64,000 bases of DNA from Candidatus Omnitrophota bacterium (GCA_015232565.1 JADFZK010000003.1:540-64539), one strand, 5' to 3'; shown: positions 21,601 through 36,600, counted from the first letter of the stretch. The notes: generated from the letters alone by a model not told the origin. Program-made: numbers and translations.

Positions 21601-24600
21601 ATACAGCTCGTGACCCAACAACAAGGCCTGGATCTCGGCCGGCAGATCCAAAGCCGCCTGTGCGATCTCGATAGCGCCCGCCACATGACGCATATAGATC
21701 CTGGTCCGAAAACCATTTACCAACCGAACAGGAATTCGTTTATTGCGCATACGCTCGTTCAATTCAGCTTCATTGTAAAACTCCTGAACCATTGCCACCG
21801 CTGCCTGCAGATCCGGAAGATCCTCCCCTTCCAGAGCAAAAAAGCCATTCGTTATAGTCAACTCAAATTGGGCCAGAACTTGCGTGCGTTCAGTCGGGGA
21901 TAACCGACAGTCGCTCTGGCACGGATTGTTATGGTCTCCCGGCCCGGCGGAAGGCAACTTTTTGTAGTTTCTAAGGTCACGAAAAGCTTCGTAACAATTA
22001 ACCAGCATTACAAACACAAAGAAACCAAATATAGTCTTTATAAACCAGCCTTCAAAAATAACAAAGAAGGCCGCGTCCACCGCGGTGATCGCGAGCACTC
22101 CGATGAGATTGCAAGTTAACACCATTCGGCGGCTGAATCCGGCAACACCATCCTGGCTCGATTTGAGCACACCCCATATCCGTAAAAGTTTGCCACCGTC
22201 CAGCGGACACACCGGCACCAGGCTCAGGATCAAAATGATGACGTTAAACTTAACAATACCCAGGACGAAACCCGCCGAACACCCCAGCCACACCAACCCG
22301 GCCGCGGCCGCTATTGCAAGATTCACCAATGGCCCGGCGGCAAATATCACGAACGCTTTACCGGGCGCGTTCTTCTCCAGATCAGACAGTGTGTCACTAT
22401 GCGCAGGCGCGGCAAAAGAACACACCCCCAGCGTAACGCCATTACACCCGGCCCCCTGGCGCTTCATGGCGATCGCATGCCCCAATTCATGAGCCAGCAC
22501 CGAGGCCACAATAGTCCACGCCGCAACCCCGCCGCCGCCCAGCAAGATCATCAGGTACGTAGTCCAGTGAATATATACCGGGAACCCGAACAACCACGCC
22601 GTACCGGGGATGCGTAAAGCGCCTTTACTTACCAGCCATTGGCCAATATTCTCCAGGGAGCCGCCCAGGAAGACCTTGATGCCAAAAGGGTCGAATAAAG
22701 CGCTGTTGCCCGGCCCCAACTGGAATGGCGAGGGCCGGACAATTAAGTTCTTGTTTTCCAGGAACTCGCGTAGAACTTCGATCAGCTCTCTGGACACGGT
22801 TGGTTTAACCCGGCCTTGCAGAAGGCCCGGGTAATCAGGATACCGCAAAAGAAAAAGATCTTCCCAGTCGTACAATCCAGAAAACACCAATGCTGCCGGG
22901 ATTCTGTGTATCAAATCAGAAAGCTTGAGCTCACAGGAATCGCCAGAAACGCCAAGATCAGTTATGAATATTACGACCTGTTGATCATCGGCCAGCAAAA
23001 CATCTACCGCTTCCCGATAAGTTTCCACCAATCTGACCTGTACGCCATACTGACCACCCAAAGCATCCTCAAATACCCTTTTAAGTCCGATATATTTAGG
23101 CGCCTCGTCATCCAGCCAGAGAATAATGCGTTTGGCGGGCAATAACTCCGGAGAGGTATTCCCGGACGGCGCGTCCAGGCGGGCAACTTCTGACCCTTCC
23201 GACACCGGCTCTTTTCGGGCGGAGATGGCCCGGGTTTGCGCAAGGAGAGCCTTAAGCTCAGCCAGAAATGACTTATGGTAAAAGGGCTTATCAACAATAG
23301 CATTTAGAAAGCCCGGCGGGAAATCGGCCAGACTGACCGCATTTAACTCACCGTTAAGAAAGATTATCCGTACATGCGGGAATTCTGCCCCCAGGCTATA
23401 GGCAATCTCAAGCGCCCGGGCCAATGGCATATCGAGCACCGCCACATTGGGGCAAAAACAGCCGTCTTTCATTCCAGAGAAAGTAGCAAAGCCTTTTACC
23501 GCCAGATCCGCGCCGGCCTGAGCCTTGATCGCGGTAATTAAAGACCGTTCCTCCCGGGGATCCATCCCGATGATCGCCACTCTCTGAACATTACCGTTCT
23601 CCAAAGCCGCCTCCGGGCTCTCCGGCGGCTGAACCAATCCGGCTTGCGCCGCGGCGTTCCGAATACCTTCAAACATGACATATGGCTTAATATCCGTTTT
23701 ATCAAACCAGCGCATCCTCGTAACATCGCGGCCAACAATGTTAATTGAACTAGCTGAAGAATAAAGATAGGACGTAATAAAAAAGATCAACGGAATATTC
23801 CCTGCCATAACCCGGAAATCAACAACCGCTGTTTCATCACAATCCACACCCACGTCCAAACAAAGAACCTGAAACGCTCCTTTCTTCAATTCCGTAACGG
23901 CCTCCGCCAAGCTTGCAACAAAGACCACTTCAAATAATTCCGGAGCCATTACATCGGCAGCAATACGTTCGTACCCTTCACGAATTTCAAACTGGTCTTC
24001 CACCCACAAAACGCGCACCTTGCCCGCGCTCTGAACCAAGGGTAAGGCCGGTTCGACTGGTTGATCGACAGGGGGTATATCCCGCTGGTGATCTTGCGCC
24101 AATAAAGCCTTTTCAATGGTATCCCAAAGCTGAAATGCCCATTTAGGCGCGGCTGCCGGGATATCGTAACCCAGGATCTCGCCGAATACGCCATTACTCC
24201 AATAGGTTACTGCCCGATCAGCAAGATAAATGCCGTCGGCAACTTCCCGCCAGGACAAATTCCGCAAGCCATCCGCCAGGACCGGGCCCGCGGCATATAG
24301 GAAAGACCGCCCGGCGTCTTTGGCAAGAGCGCCGGCATATTGCACATTATGCGCATTCACCGACCCGGACCCGATATCCACATAAACCGCGCAACAGGAA
24401 CCCAGGCCCTGGGCCCCGCCTTCCTGGATAAAGCCGGTCGCCGCATCCCTGGCCACCCGCATATATGGCCGCCGTCCGCCGTCCATATTGTCGCGCTCGA
24501 AAGCCCGGCGCCGTTCAACCGTTACCTCGGGCAAAAAAACCACTACCGGTAACCGCAGACCCGCGGCCGGTGTGGCGCCGCGCACCACCGGCGTAGCGGC

Positions 24601-27600
24601 CCAGGACGCATACTCCAACAAGCGGTCAGCTTTAACCACCGGTTCATGATCAAAATCGCCAATATCAAAACGGATCTGCAAAATATAAAACGTACCGCAT
24701 TTATCATTTTCGCGGTCGGCAATATAACACCACTCCACATCCAGTTCATGACCGGTAAGGCGGGCATAAACACGTCCCACCAGCGTTAAAAAGACCGCCT
24801 GGGCCCGCGACAATGGCGCCGGGCGGGTTACTCCGTCCTCATCCCATTGTTCCCCGTCGGCAACGATGTTCAGCATACGCTTCTCGTCCGTGCCGCGGCG
24901 TAACACTTTACCGTCGATGCCGATCTCATCCGGACATTCTTTGTAAGTAGGGCGATAATCAACCACCGGCAAACCATTCCGGTCTTCTAGCGAGATATAA
25001 TGTGCCACATTAGCTTGTGGGGATTTGACCGCCTGACTGGCATCACCATAAACCGCTTCGATCCGCGTATGACGATACCGACCGGTGGTCAACGTTCCGG
25101 AAACATCGGCCCGCAAGAAAGGCTGAACCACCAGCGCAATGCCCTCCTGCCCGGTGACCGGCCGGCCGCTGATACCCGCAACCGGGCCGATCAAGGGATC
25201 GCTGGAGCCGATCCACATTATTTCCAAAGCATCGGCAAAGATCATGGCCGCGGCGCGGGGCGCCAGATCCGGCCCGGGAACCCGCAAAGATAAAAAGACC
25301 CCGGCCAGGTTTTGGCGCTGATTATCTTCCCGCCGGCCGCTGGAACGCACGATAAGCTCGCCGTCAAAGCCTACATAGCGCTTGATCTCGACCTTCATAT
25401 AAGAAGCCAGATTATCCGAGAACTCCATTTGCGCTATCAGGTCGCGCAACTGCCGGACCGTGTCCTGGTTAACTCGCCCGTCCACCGAAGGGCTGAGCGC
25501 CAGAATAGTGTTCCCGGCATCGATCAAAACCTTGTTATGAGAAATAAACTCGCTCCACACATCCGGGATCCGAAAAGTCAGGCTGAGGGGCTGTTCCAGC
25601 CTAAACTGGCCCGCACTCAACCAAGGCAATGCTGCCGCGGCCAACATATTGCTTAGCGACTCACGCACTTCATAGATCAATTTCCTGGATATAACTATCC
25701 AGGCGCTTTTACCGCCCTCTTCCTTCACCAATTCCTCAAACCATTTATCTATCGGCTTAGGCAGCAGACTTTTCCAGAACGTCTCCCAGGATGGCAAGCA
25801 CATACCCAGCAAAAACGGCGGAAGGCTGTAGAAAGTATTATTAAGCGTACCCAGACCCGGCGGGAAAGCCGGCTCGCAGAGAAACGCAACTTTAAGAAGC
25901 AAATAGACCAGGCCAACGACAGCCAGCCCGATCAATATCAACGGCCAGTTACGCAGCAGCGAAAATCCGCCTTCGCCCCGCTCTGGCGCCAGCACCGGGT
26001 TGATCCCGGAATTTACCGCAGTGCCAGCCGCCAGTCTTTCAGCAGCCGCCCTGCACGCGCCGCGGCCAAGGACGCTATCCCGGCCAGCCTGATCGATCCG
26101 GCCCAGAGTCAGCACCACACTCACCAGCCAGCGCAGGAGCGCCTCCCTTTGCCCGTTCTTATCCTGCTCCACCCAGGCCAAAAGAGTACGGCTGTCCTGG
26201 GAACCAAATTTGCGGGCCCACCCGTAGAGCCAGTTGCGACACTGCGGCGAGCCGGCCATTGCCGCCGCGTGCGCTTTATTGCCATTATTGCACTCCATGG
26301 TTAACAGCCAAAAACAACACTGTAGATCAACCAGGCGCACATCAATATCCAGGTTCGGGAAGGCACTAAAATTCAGGCCGGAAGCCTCGAATGCATAACA
26401 CCAGTTATAAACCGATTGCCGGCCGGTGCCGAGCGCGCGCGTGGCCGTAACTATATTTCCATTATGCCGAGCCACCATTTTGACCGCCAGAATGTTGCGC
26501 AGGACGTCTTTGACAGAACCGGCAATATTGGCAAACGCCTGTTTCATTACCCCATGTGCCTGGTCCGGGAAATAGGCGCCATTAGAGACCACCGCCAGCT
26601 CCCAGCCCGGGTGTAAAGCATGCTGAGTATTACCAGGCGCAAGCAAAGCCTGCGCGGCGGCCGCAAGCTCGGGATCGATCACCACTTGCTCTGCCTGCGG
26701 TAGAAGTTTCACGCCATCCAGGGCCACCAGCACACCGGCCAGCCATTGCAAAACCGGCCAGCGCCGCTCGTTGGCGTTAACCCAGGCGGGCAGATCGATG
26801 TCGTAGCTCAGGCCTTCAGACTTGATCCAGCGCGCGATATATGAGCGACACGCACCCAGTTTGGCCGAGGCCCTCGCCGGCACTCCCCGGCTGGCGGCCT
26901 CGGCAAATACGCACAAGGCCTCTTCCACCTCTTCCCAGGTTATCAAGGCCGGCAAAGCCGGAAAATAAGACAGCTCCACCGACAAACCCCTGTCAACTCT
27001 AAGGCGCCGGTAAAATGAAGCCGCCGGAACGCTGATCCTTTGCCAAGCCCGCTGATGATCATCACCTTCCGCCGCTAATGCCTGACGAGCCAACACCGCA
27101 AAGACCGCCCGCTCGGGCACATGCATCAGCCGGTAATGCCGGTGAGGATCATCAACACTATCCGGAAGCCGGGCGCCGATCAGGTCGATGTCGGCAGCTT
27201 CATCCAACGCTTGCCAAAGAGGACGATAAAAATGCACCTCGGCTCTCGGAACATCCAGCCCGCACTCGGCATGCCAAAGTATCGCACCATCCGGAAGCAT
27301 CTTGACCTGCCGCACAAGGACTTCATAACCCAAGGATGGATCCGCTTCCACCAGGATCCTGCCCGCTTGTTGAAAGGGCAAAGCCACCTCTGTATCAGCG
27401 GCAAAAATAGCTAGCCCGTGCATATAACGCCGCGCCAGTTCTTTAGCCCGGCGCACTTCGTCCAGGTCGGGGCGCGTGCGGGCCGCGGCCCGCAACAGGC
27501 AGGTGCCGGCAATAAGGTCTTCGACTATAAATACCCGCAAATGCTCCAACAGCCAGACCAAAGCATTGGTCGAGAAGGTCTTTCCACAGATCCCGATACT

Positions 27601-30600
27601 GGCCGCCAGCCTGGCCGCCACTGCGGCGAGTTGAACACTGAGCCGGGCATTACTCGCCATATCATCCCGCCACACCCGGCCGTCTTGACCGACCGCCGCG
27701 TATACATGCGATGCCTCGCCATTAACCTGCAGACCAAAAGCCATAGCCTGTTGACCAGCTTCGCTTCGCCAATAATAACGATGCCGTATTCCTTGCTCCA
27801 CCTCCGGCATTTGCAAGAAGCCCTCTTTACAAGCGCGCAACATTTCAATGAAAGGCTCATCGACCTCCAGCCCCTTTACTTTACCTTGCTCGATATAGGC
27901 CAAAGCCTCTGAAAGAAACAAAGGATGCTGACGATAAAACCGGTAAACCGTATCCTGCCAGGCCTCCAACTCACGATCCACCCAACAGCACTTTAAATAA
28001 TGCGAACAAAACTCATGAAAGATTATTCCCAGTGCCAGACAATCAGGCAATCGTAATATGGTACTGCTCAAGATTATTCCACCGGGAAAAGCCTCTCCTG
28101 TCAATTCAACTGGCGAAATATCTAGGGTTGTTTGACTCTCCGAAATGTAACCACGATCTGCCAAAAGCCTCAGCCAACAGGCAAGGTTGGCAAGATCACT
28201 GTTAGACAGTCCTTCTTGCTCTATCACCTGCAAACGTATACGGCCGTTCATCACAACCTTAAAAGTCGCCCGCTTTGCGCGATCATTGGGAGTAAGCTCC
28301 GTAACCCGCATTGGCATACGCGCCCGGCCCACCACCCGTTCGCCATTCCTGCGCCAGGCCGCGTTAAGATCCCGGATCGGTTGCGCAAAGGGCGCTCTGA
28401 CCAGATTTTCCTGGGCACAATGCAACACAGCGTCGGGAATAAGCAGGTCAACCGGGAAAATAACGCTCCAGGTGAGGTTGGCCAGCACGCCGTCGGCCCA
28501 ACTGACCGGTTGATCGTTAATGCCAGATAACGACATGTTATAAGTCCGGCCAACGCGATCCAAATGCGCGCGCATTGCTTTAAGACTTGATGTCAACTCA
28601 CGATTAACATAGGCAGAATTTTGCGCTGCGGAAAATAATAACTGGCCCAGTTTTTCCCTGACCGCCCTTTGCTCCAGACTTAGCTCTCGCACCCGGTTTC
28701 TGGCCGCTTGCAAGCGTTCTTCATCCTCTGTACTTCCCGACTTCCTGCCAGGCCCGGAAGACGGCCGCTTTCCCGGAACAGGCTTGGGAAGATCAAGGCG
28801 GCTGGTAAAAAGCGTATTGCCATCTCCCAACCCTGCAACCACCCCGAGCCTGGCCATCAGAAAAGCAAAACCATTCAAACGCCAATACCACCATGCCCAA
28901 ACCGCGGCCAGCATTAAAGCGATAGCCCAATGCCCGCCTGTAACGCATAAAAGAACGAACCCGCCCGCCAGGGGATCGGACTGGCAAACCGCACGACCAG
29001 CGGAGGTTTCTTTCGGGCTCTCGACAGGTGTCAAGACCGCCAGATTATTTAAAGTATCGATCAGCCACAGCAGGTCCTTCTTCATTTCATCCGGTTGTTG
29101 GGCGATCCATCTGGCTAAAGACGGCTCGGCGTCGACATTAAACCGGTTGCGCCAAACTGATACGCGCTCCCGGCTCCAGCCCAACAGCTCCACCATTCTG
29201 CCAGTATCGCCGTCGGTCTCCTCCAATGCCAGCCGCAATAAACATTCCCTGACATTATCCCTGGTCCTTCCCGTAGGGAAAAAGGAAAACCCTGTCCCGT
29301 CGCCCAGCATTCTTTGGGCCAGCGTTAAATACTTACGGAAGGTGGTATCCGCCATATCCAGCATTTTATACGCCGACTTCTGCTCGCCTGATGAAAGCTT
29401 TACAGCCTTAAGGGCAATAACGGCACACACCATATCATCCACTGATACACGACTATCACCGGCCCCGCCGAGAGCCTTGATCCGGGCCGACGCTTTCAAC
29501 AAAGCTTGCCGAGCCTTCTTAAGGGTTCTATTAGCAATAACTACGCCCGGAGCCTGCCGCGCCGCTACCACCATAGCCCCTGGACTCGCAGAGTGCTGGC
29601 TGGCTTTAAATAATTCTTGCAACCCGGGGTCTTCGTTAACCAGGCCCGCCAGGATCGCTCTTAACTTGACTTTAGCTTTCTCGATCCCCTGCCGGGCCCA
29701 CTCACGAGTTTTGGGCGGCGAGGACATATCCGCAATTTCCTGCAGTATCATTCTCTGGCCGCCTTCCAGGCCGAAGTACAGCACCAGAAAACGCCGGTCA
29801 AGTTCCGACAGCATTTGCAAAGCCCGGGCGAACAAAGCGCCATCCACCAAAGGAACATCACGCTCCGGGGACGCCAGCAGTTCATACAGACAAGCCTTAT
29901 CATCGCCAACCGGGCTGTCTAAAGAACAAGCCCGCTGTAAAGCCATAAGACGGAGAAATTCAATTACCTCTTCCACACTATATTCATGGCCGGCCTCCTT
30001 GAGCCCCGCCGCTATCTTAGAAGCCGATATACCGGGCCGGTGCAGATCTATGTCCAGAGTCTGATCGACACGCTTTTTAAAACGCCGCAATTTTCTACCG
30101 GCAGCGGTCTTCACCCGAACTATGCCGATGGCGGCTTCCAAAGCACTATAGATGAATTTCTTTATCCAGTAAGCCGCGTAAGTCGAAAACTTGCCTTTTT
30201 CCGGATCGTATCTCGCCGCCGCTTTCAGTAAACCCAGATTACCATCGGCAACAAGTTCCATTAATGATAACCCGGCCATACCTTCGAAATCCCGCGCAAT
30301 CTTTATAACCAGCCTCAGGTTACCAAGCACCAGTTTCTCGATCGACTGGTGATCCTGTGGCCGGGCATCCAACGCGGGTTTGCTGGCCTTAATATCCCTG
30401 CCCAGACGCTCTTCCTCTTCCTTGGTAAGCAATTCGTTCCCCCCAATGATCCTCTGGCAATACCATGACAGGCCAGCCAAAGCCAGCGCAGTATCATCAT
30501 TACTGCGCCTGCGCTCTCGCGCATCCCTCACGGGAACACGAACAGCCAGGCCATCCTCAGGCTCCTCAGTCTCCCCAGACAATTCATCGACAATATCCCG

Positions 30601-33600
30601 CAACGCCTCCTCTAGTGCCTGCTCATCTTCCGCGGGCACGGCCGTAAGGTCAATCTTGCCAGCCCTCATGCCCAGGATCTCACCGGCTGCCCGTTCGCGT
30701 CCTTTTAACAATTCTGCGATATTGACCTTGCCATCCGACCAGTCACTGTAATGCTCCTGGATCAGCATGTTTGTCTCGTACGAAGTAGGACAGGGGGTGC
30801 GTGATGTAAGAGCCGCAACGATCTCGTGAACCAGCACCAGCCGGTCGTTAACTCCGGAACGGATAAACACCTTCAATAGCCTGTCGCCTTCTTTTAACTG
30901 CCAGCAACCGGTATGCGGGAGGCTCCCGGCATTAAAAAAGCGCACCTCGACTTCCACCTGATCCATCAATTTCGCGATCCGGGCAAATAAAGCCCGATGC
31001 TCTCTTTCTCCGCGGCCATTCCTACCGTGCAAGAAGCTCCGCACAAGTTTAATTTCATAATCGCTGTTACTCCAAACAGTATGCCGCGGCTGCTTCTTGA
31101 TAGCGGCGGCGATATCCCGGTCGACCTGCTCCCGCGTAAGGCTGTCGTCCCCGTCGGCCGACAAGTCCGCGCGAGCACGCGGGGTATAAATCAATTCCCT
31201 CCTCGAAGCTTCGCCTGTTTGACAATGCCAGGCATGGATGTTATAGTTAAATGCGAAAGGAAGCAGAAGATGATATCCAAAGCAGAACAAGCCCTTAAGC
31301 ATTTGCACAAAGCCCGCGAACTGGCTAAAACCCTCCCTAACCCGTTCAAAGGCCTTACCAAAGACCAGATAATTGCCAAACTTCGCGCTTCCCGCGAGAA
31401 GCTGTGGCGGGAGAAATATGCGGTTGGTGCTCGACACTAATATCTTCATCTTCGCGTTCGGAGAAGAACCCCTTCCCTCTTGCGTTGCACTTATCGAATA
31501 CGTCGTACGCTCCGGCTGTACAATCCATATACCGCGCACCATAGTGAATGAAGTACGGGATAATTTAAGCCAACCCCTGTTCAAAGAATTCATTCTATTC
31601 ATCCACAAAACGGCCACATTGGATGAAGATCGAGTTGTCCCTTTTGAGATCGGCATGAAATTCGAAGCGCTAGGATTAAAACAAGATGATGCTCTGATCG
31701 GCGCATACGCAGAGTGGTCAAAAGCAGATGTGCTGGTTTCCGAGAACAGGCACTTTCTCTCCAGGCAAACTGACCTGCCATTTAAAGTTTTAAATGCCAA
31801 AGAATCACTAAAACTGCTTTCGCAATAAACCATGAATTCAAAAGATCTACTCATTATTGTTTCTGAAGATGCTGACGGGATCCTGGTAGCCAGCGTGCCT
31901 GCGTTGCGCGGATGCCATACCCAGGCCAAAACATTACCCAAGCTTTTGGAACGCATTAAAGAAGCCATCCAGCTTTGTTTAGATGCCGGACACCCCGCCC
32001 TGTCGTAACCACCCAATAACGTTCTTGGTTGAAATGCCACCATACGGATGTTACACTTCCCTAGAGGTGACAACCTATGCATCCAAAAGCCGTTAAAGCC
32101 CTTCAACATCTGCGCAAAGCCCAGGAACTGGCCAAAAAGTTTCCGAGCCCCTTCAAAGACATGACCGAAGACGAAGTTATTGCGAAATTGCGCCAAACAC
32201 GGGAAGAACTTTGGCAAGAAAAATACGCGGCTGGTTCTCAGCACAAATATCTTTAACAATACCACAAGCCTGGCCGGTAGCACCATAACCGGCAGGAACG
32301 CAAGCCGGCTATCCTGCATCTCATTGCACGTTCCCATCCCCGGCGGAAATGCGGGCTCCAGAGAAAAGACATACCGCAAGACCACTGCCAAAAGAGCCAG
32401 CGCCGCACCCAGGAATAATATTAGCGGAAAGTTCCGCAAAAGAGCGAACCCGGCCACCCTGGAGGAGCCAGGGTCAGTCTGGCCGGGCGTTATTATCTGG
32501 AGCTCTACTATCCCCGGCGCTTTCTCAACTCCCTGCTTGAAAACGGGCGGCTTCACACTGCCGATCCTCGCAATGGTCTTCCCTTTGAGCTTTATTAAAA
32601 TATACGGCCTTAAAGCCCCACCCTGGAGCTCCTGTCCGTCGCAAACCACGCTGTACTTCCAGAACAGCCCACCCGGACACCCCGCCCGGAGCTCGCCAAT
32701 TATCATGAATTCACAGCCATAGCCCAAGCCCCGGCGCGTCCCATCCCTTAATTCGATCTGGTCGGCACCCTCCCTGACCTCGTCATTAACGACCTTTTGA
32801 GGAACCATGTCTTCTCCCCGCGCCACATCCTCAATGTAATCGGCCAGGGCAGTGCGCAATTTGCTAATCGCCCAAAAATGCCGAAACTTGAACCAGCACA
32901 CCGAAGATTTATTCCCCAGGGCCGTGAACAAAACCTCATCAATTAATTCCGCAATATTCACGTGCCCGGCCTCGGCGCTGGTATTAACTCCCAAAATATC
33001 CACCGGAATTTCCCAATGGCTTTCACTGGCATCGCGCGCCGCGTCGGCCATCATGATCCGGTAACCTCTGGCAATATCATTGCTGTCCCATTGGTGCGAA
33101 GTAGTATTTACCACCCCGGACACCACCGGCATGTCTTTAAACGCCGACCGATACCGCCAAAGCCAGCGGTCAAAGAACAACCCCATTCTTTTAATTGGAT
33201 GATCGATTTTGGTATACTTCATCGGTACCGGCGCCAAAGCGGCCCGCTCTAAACGCAGGGGCGACATTCTCGGAGTATTAACCTGCCAGTCGAACGCTAT
33301 CCGGGCACGTTGCTGATGGGACTCCATCTCCCTGGCTAAAGCGGCCCTTTGCTTGCGCGCCAGAGACTGAAAGTATTTACGCCGGGCTTGAGGAGTGAGC
33401 GAGCTTGGAACTTCATCCACCAATTTTGCCCGGGCAAAAAGCCGGCTGAACAAGGCCATGGTGCAGTACCAGAAAACGGCTAATCCTAATACTGCCATAC
33501 CCAGGCGCAGTAATATCCAGCGCACATCGCGCAGGAACCCGTCGGGCATGGCCTGCACAAAGACCGGACCGAGGCCGCCAAAAACATATTTCCCATAGAA

Positions 33601-36600
33601 CAGGATCCCGGCCAGGACGATTCCCAAGACCAGGATCAGAGATAAAGTGCGCAGGAGCGCGAAGGCGGAAGAATCACAGACGCTCCTTTTCTCTTCCGCA
33701 ACCTGCAGGCCGAATTCCTGGCCACGGGAAAGAAGATCCCGCACGGCCTCGGCTACCTCCGGCATTCGGAACAGGTATAACCGCACATAACCATGGTCAG
33801 CATCCTCAGACCAGCTATATCCCGTTCGCTGTTGAGAAGACTGGGACAGCAAATGCCGCAATTCTTCTACCAGCGTAGACAGTATCAAACCGCGCCAGCC
33901 AAGCCTGGCGCCGGGAGGCGCAAGCGTGACCGCATCCCAATTCAAGCCAATGGTATTGCCAGAAGATGCCAGGCCAAGCTCGGGCTGATCAGAATTAAGT
34001 TCTAACGTAAACACTTCACCGGCAAAGAAGCGCTCAAAATCTTTCGGAAAATCCTGCCGTAGCACATCTAGCGCGATCTCGAAATCATGCAAAAGGTCAT
34101 AGGTGCGGGCCGCGGCCATATTGACCCCCATCCGGCCTTCTTTAACCAAATGCCTGGTTAACCGCCGTGAGAGCGCAACCTGCTCCCGTTCATTCCAGTT
34201 AAAAGATATCCCCAAACTCAAAGGCGCGATCTTTCTTTTCCCGGGCGCCGCGAGAACGCGCACCGCCGAACGGCGCACCGGATCATTGCCTGGCAGGTTT
34301 TTCTGTAAAGCCACGAGCCGCGCCTGATACTGGCATTGCATTTCGTCCTTTAAGTAGCATATGACGCTTTCACCAATAAAAGAATCCCGGGCCACCAGCA
34401 ACACGCCCTGGTCGCGCAATCCCGTGCGATCCACACTACCCTCATTACGGCTTACCAGCACGAACCGCGCCGCAGGATAAACACCCGTAACCATATTGTG
34501 CACCACCGGCCAAACCGGAAGGCCATCGATCACGTCCTGAACTATTGTTATACAAGGCTCGGTCTCCAACACGACGCGCTTGAGTGCCTCGGCCGTTTCA
34601 ACAATACGGATATCAAAACAGCCGCCGCCCATACTAAACTTGATCAGGCTGGCCCACACCCGGGCTTGACGGGAACTCTCCAGCAATATGACCAGCACAT
34701 TGCGGCGTCCACTTGCCGGCGTCACCACCGGGGCCGAATGGTCCGTCAGCCAGCGCTCGCGCGCGGCCCGGATCAAGGCAACATCGTTTTTATCATTAAA
34801 ATGCACCGGATCGTCCGGCTCGAAACCGTGCCGGCGAATAGCATCAGCATCTTTTTTCGCATAATTATTTACGGCCGATGAAACTATCAACAGGCCATAC
34901 ACTCTCGCGCCGAACAACGACCGAGTTTCTTCCCATTGATCGATCCCGGTCCCGGAATAATCGGCGTAAATAAAATGCGCCACCCTCCCACGCAGTTTGC
35001 TCCGGGCCTGGCTGACACTTGAGGCCGCTATGATCTCATACAAGTTTCTATCGAACATTTTGTCCAGAATATTTGCCCAACGGTCATACTCATCCTGGAT
35101 AACTAACACCACAAAACGCTCGGGATCGTTTGTAGAGTTCGGCTCTTCCACGCTCGACGCCAGATCAGCCCGGTCCGATATATGATACGAATCCGCACCG
35201 CAACCAACCCGCAGGCCCTCCAGGAGGTCGCGCATAACAGCCTCGTCAGAGATCGCTTCATTAGCCGGGGCATAGAACGTTGCTGTTAACCCGTCGCTAA
35301 AATACGTTACCTCACCCTCCGACACCCATACTCCCGGCAACTCGGCATGCGGCTTGAATCGTAACCGGGCCAGAAGATCGGCCTGCAAGTTAAGGCCATT
35401 TGCATAATAGAACTCGCCGCACGCAAAACGACCGGCCGAATACTGGGGATTATGATAATTACGGGAACATTGCACGGGATCCACCAGAACAGTGCCCGGC
35501 AAAGGATCGGCCTGAATAAGACTGGAAGCGGCATCGTTCTGAACGCGGATATATGGCCCCAGCGTTTTCTCCAAAACAATAATCTGGCCCGCATAGCCCC
35601 GCGCAACCACCACCACCGGCCCCGTAACCCCTTCCGGCGGCGTAGCTCCCAGAGCAATGGGCGAACGCGCCAGAACGCGCCGCTCGGTTAGTGCGTCCGC
35701 CGGCCGGGTTAATTTATTGAAGAAATACCCGATATCGGGCCGAACCTGGACAATGATCAGCTCATCGCCTTCTAAGCCCCACTCTATATCCAAAGGCACT
35801 CCAAACAGCTCGGTAAGAATTCTGCCGGCTTTTTGCACTCGGCGAGCCTGCTCCGGAGTAAGAAGGGGCCGGTCTGTAAACGCCCCGGCCGAATCGAAAG
35901 TTTCCACGGTAGAGTCCGCACCCGGGCCGTCGAAGATAACATGCCACACCTTTGCCGAACCCTCCACCGCCTGCCGGGCATCGCCGGCTATCGCTTCCAG
36001 GCACATCTTGCCATAACGATGCGTCATCAAAGTGCCGGAGGCATTAAACTGGTGCTTGACCTGAATAAGGACCCCCAGGCCCTCCTGCGGCATAAGCAGG
36101 AACGGTATGCCCACAACCGGCCTGGCACCGTTCTGGCTCAGCCAGATCACGCGCACCGCCTGCACAAATACCTGGGCAACAGCGTCCACCACCTGGCTCA
36201 CCGACTGGCAGTCTACCGACACAAAACAACCGGTAAGATTGCGCACAAAATTATCACCCCACACTTCGCTGGACCGCACAATGAGCGGTAGGCTGGGGTT
36301 GAGCTCACAGCAGCTTAAAGAATATTCGATCGCTCCGGGATTGAATTCCATCCCCAGGATCAGAACCTCCAGCCGGGCAAGCGTAGCCGCGGAAACCCGG
36401 CCATTGGCTTTACGATCCGCCTCGATCAGGCGATTGCCTTCCTCTACTATTCCCGTGTTTAACTCAATAAAACTCCGCCACAGGTCCCACTCGCCACGAT
36501 CCTGACGCAACATCGCCCGAAAATGATCATAAGCCGGAAAGCGTATTACCTTACTGCCGATCCGAAAACCGCCGGCTTCCTGCGCATCCTCCATAAGGAT

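Noticed and set aside
28784-30064. 426 aa plus-strand ORF, and similar long ORFs at 40198-40923, 50294-50971 and 57178-57915
   Set aside because: Shadow frames opposite clear giant-protein domains, with no recognisable family, promoter or RBS, unlike the nested TA genes.
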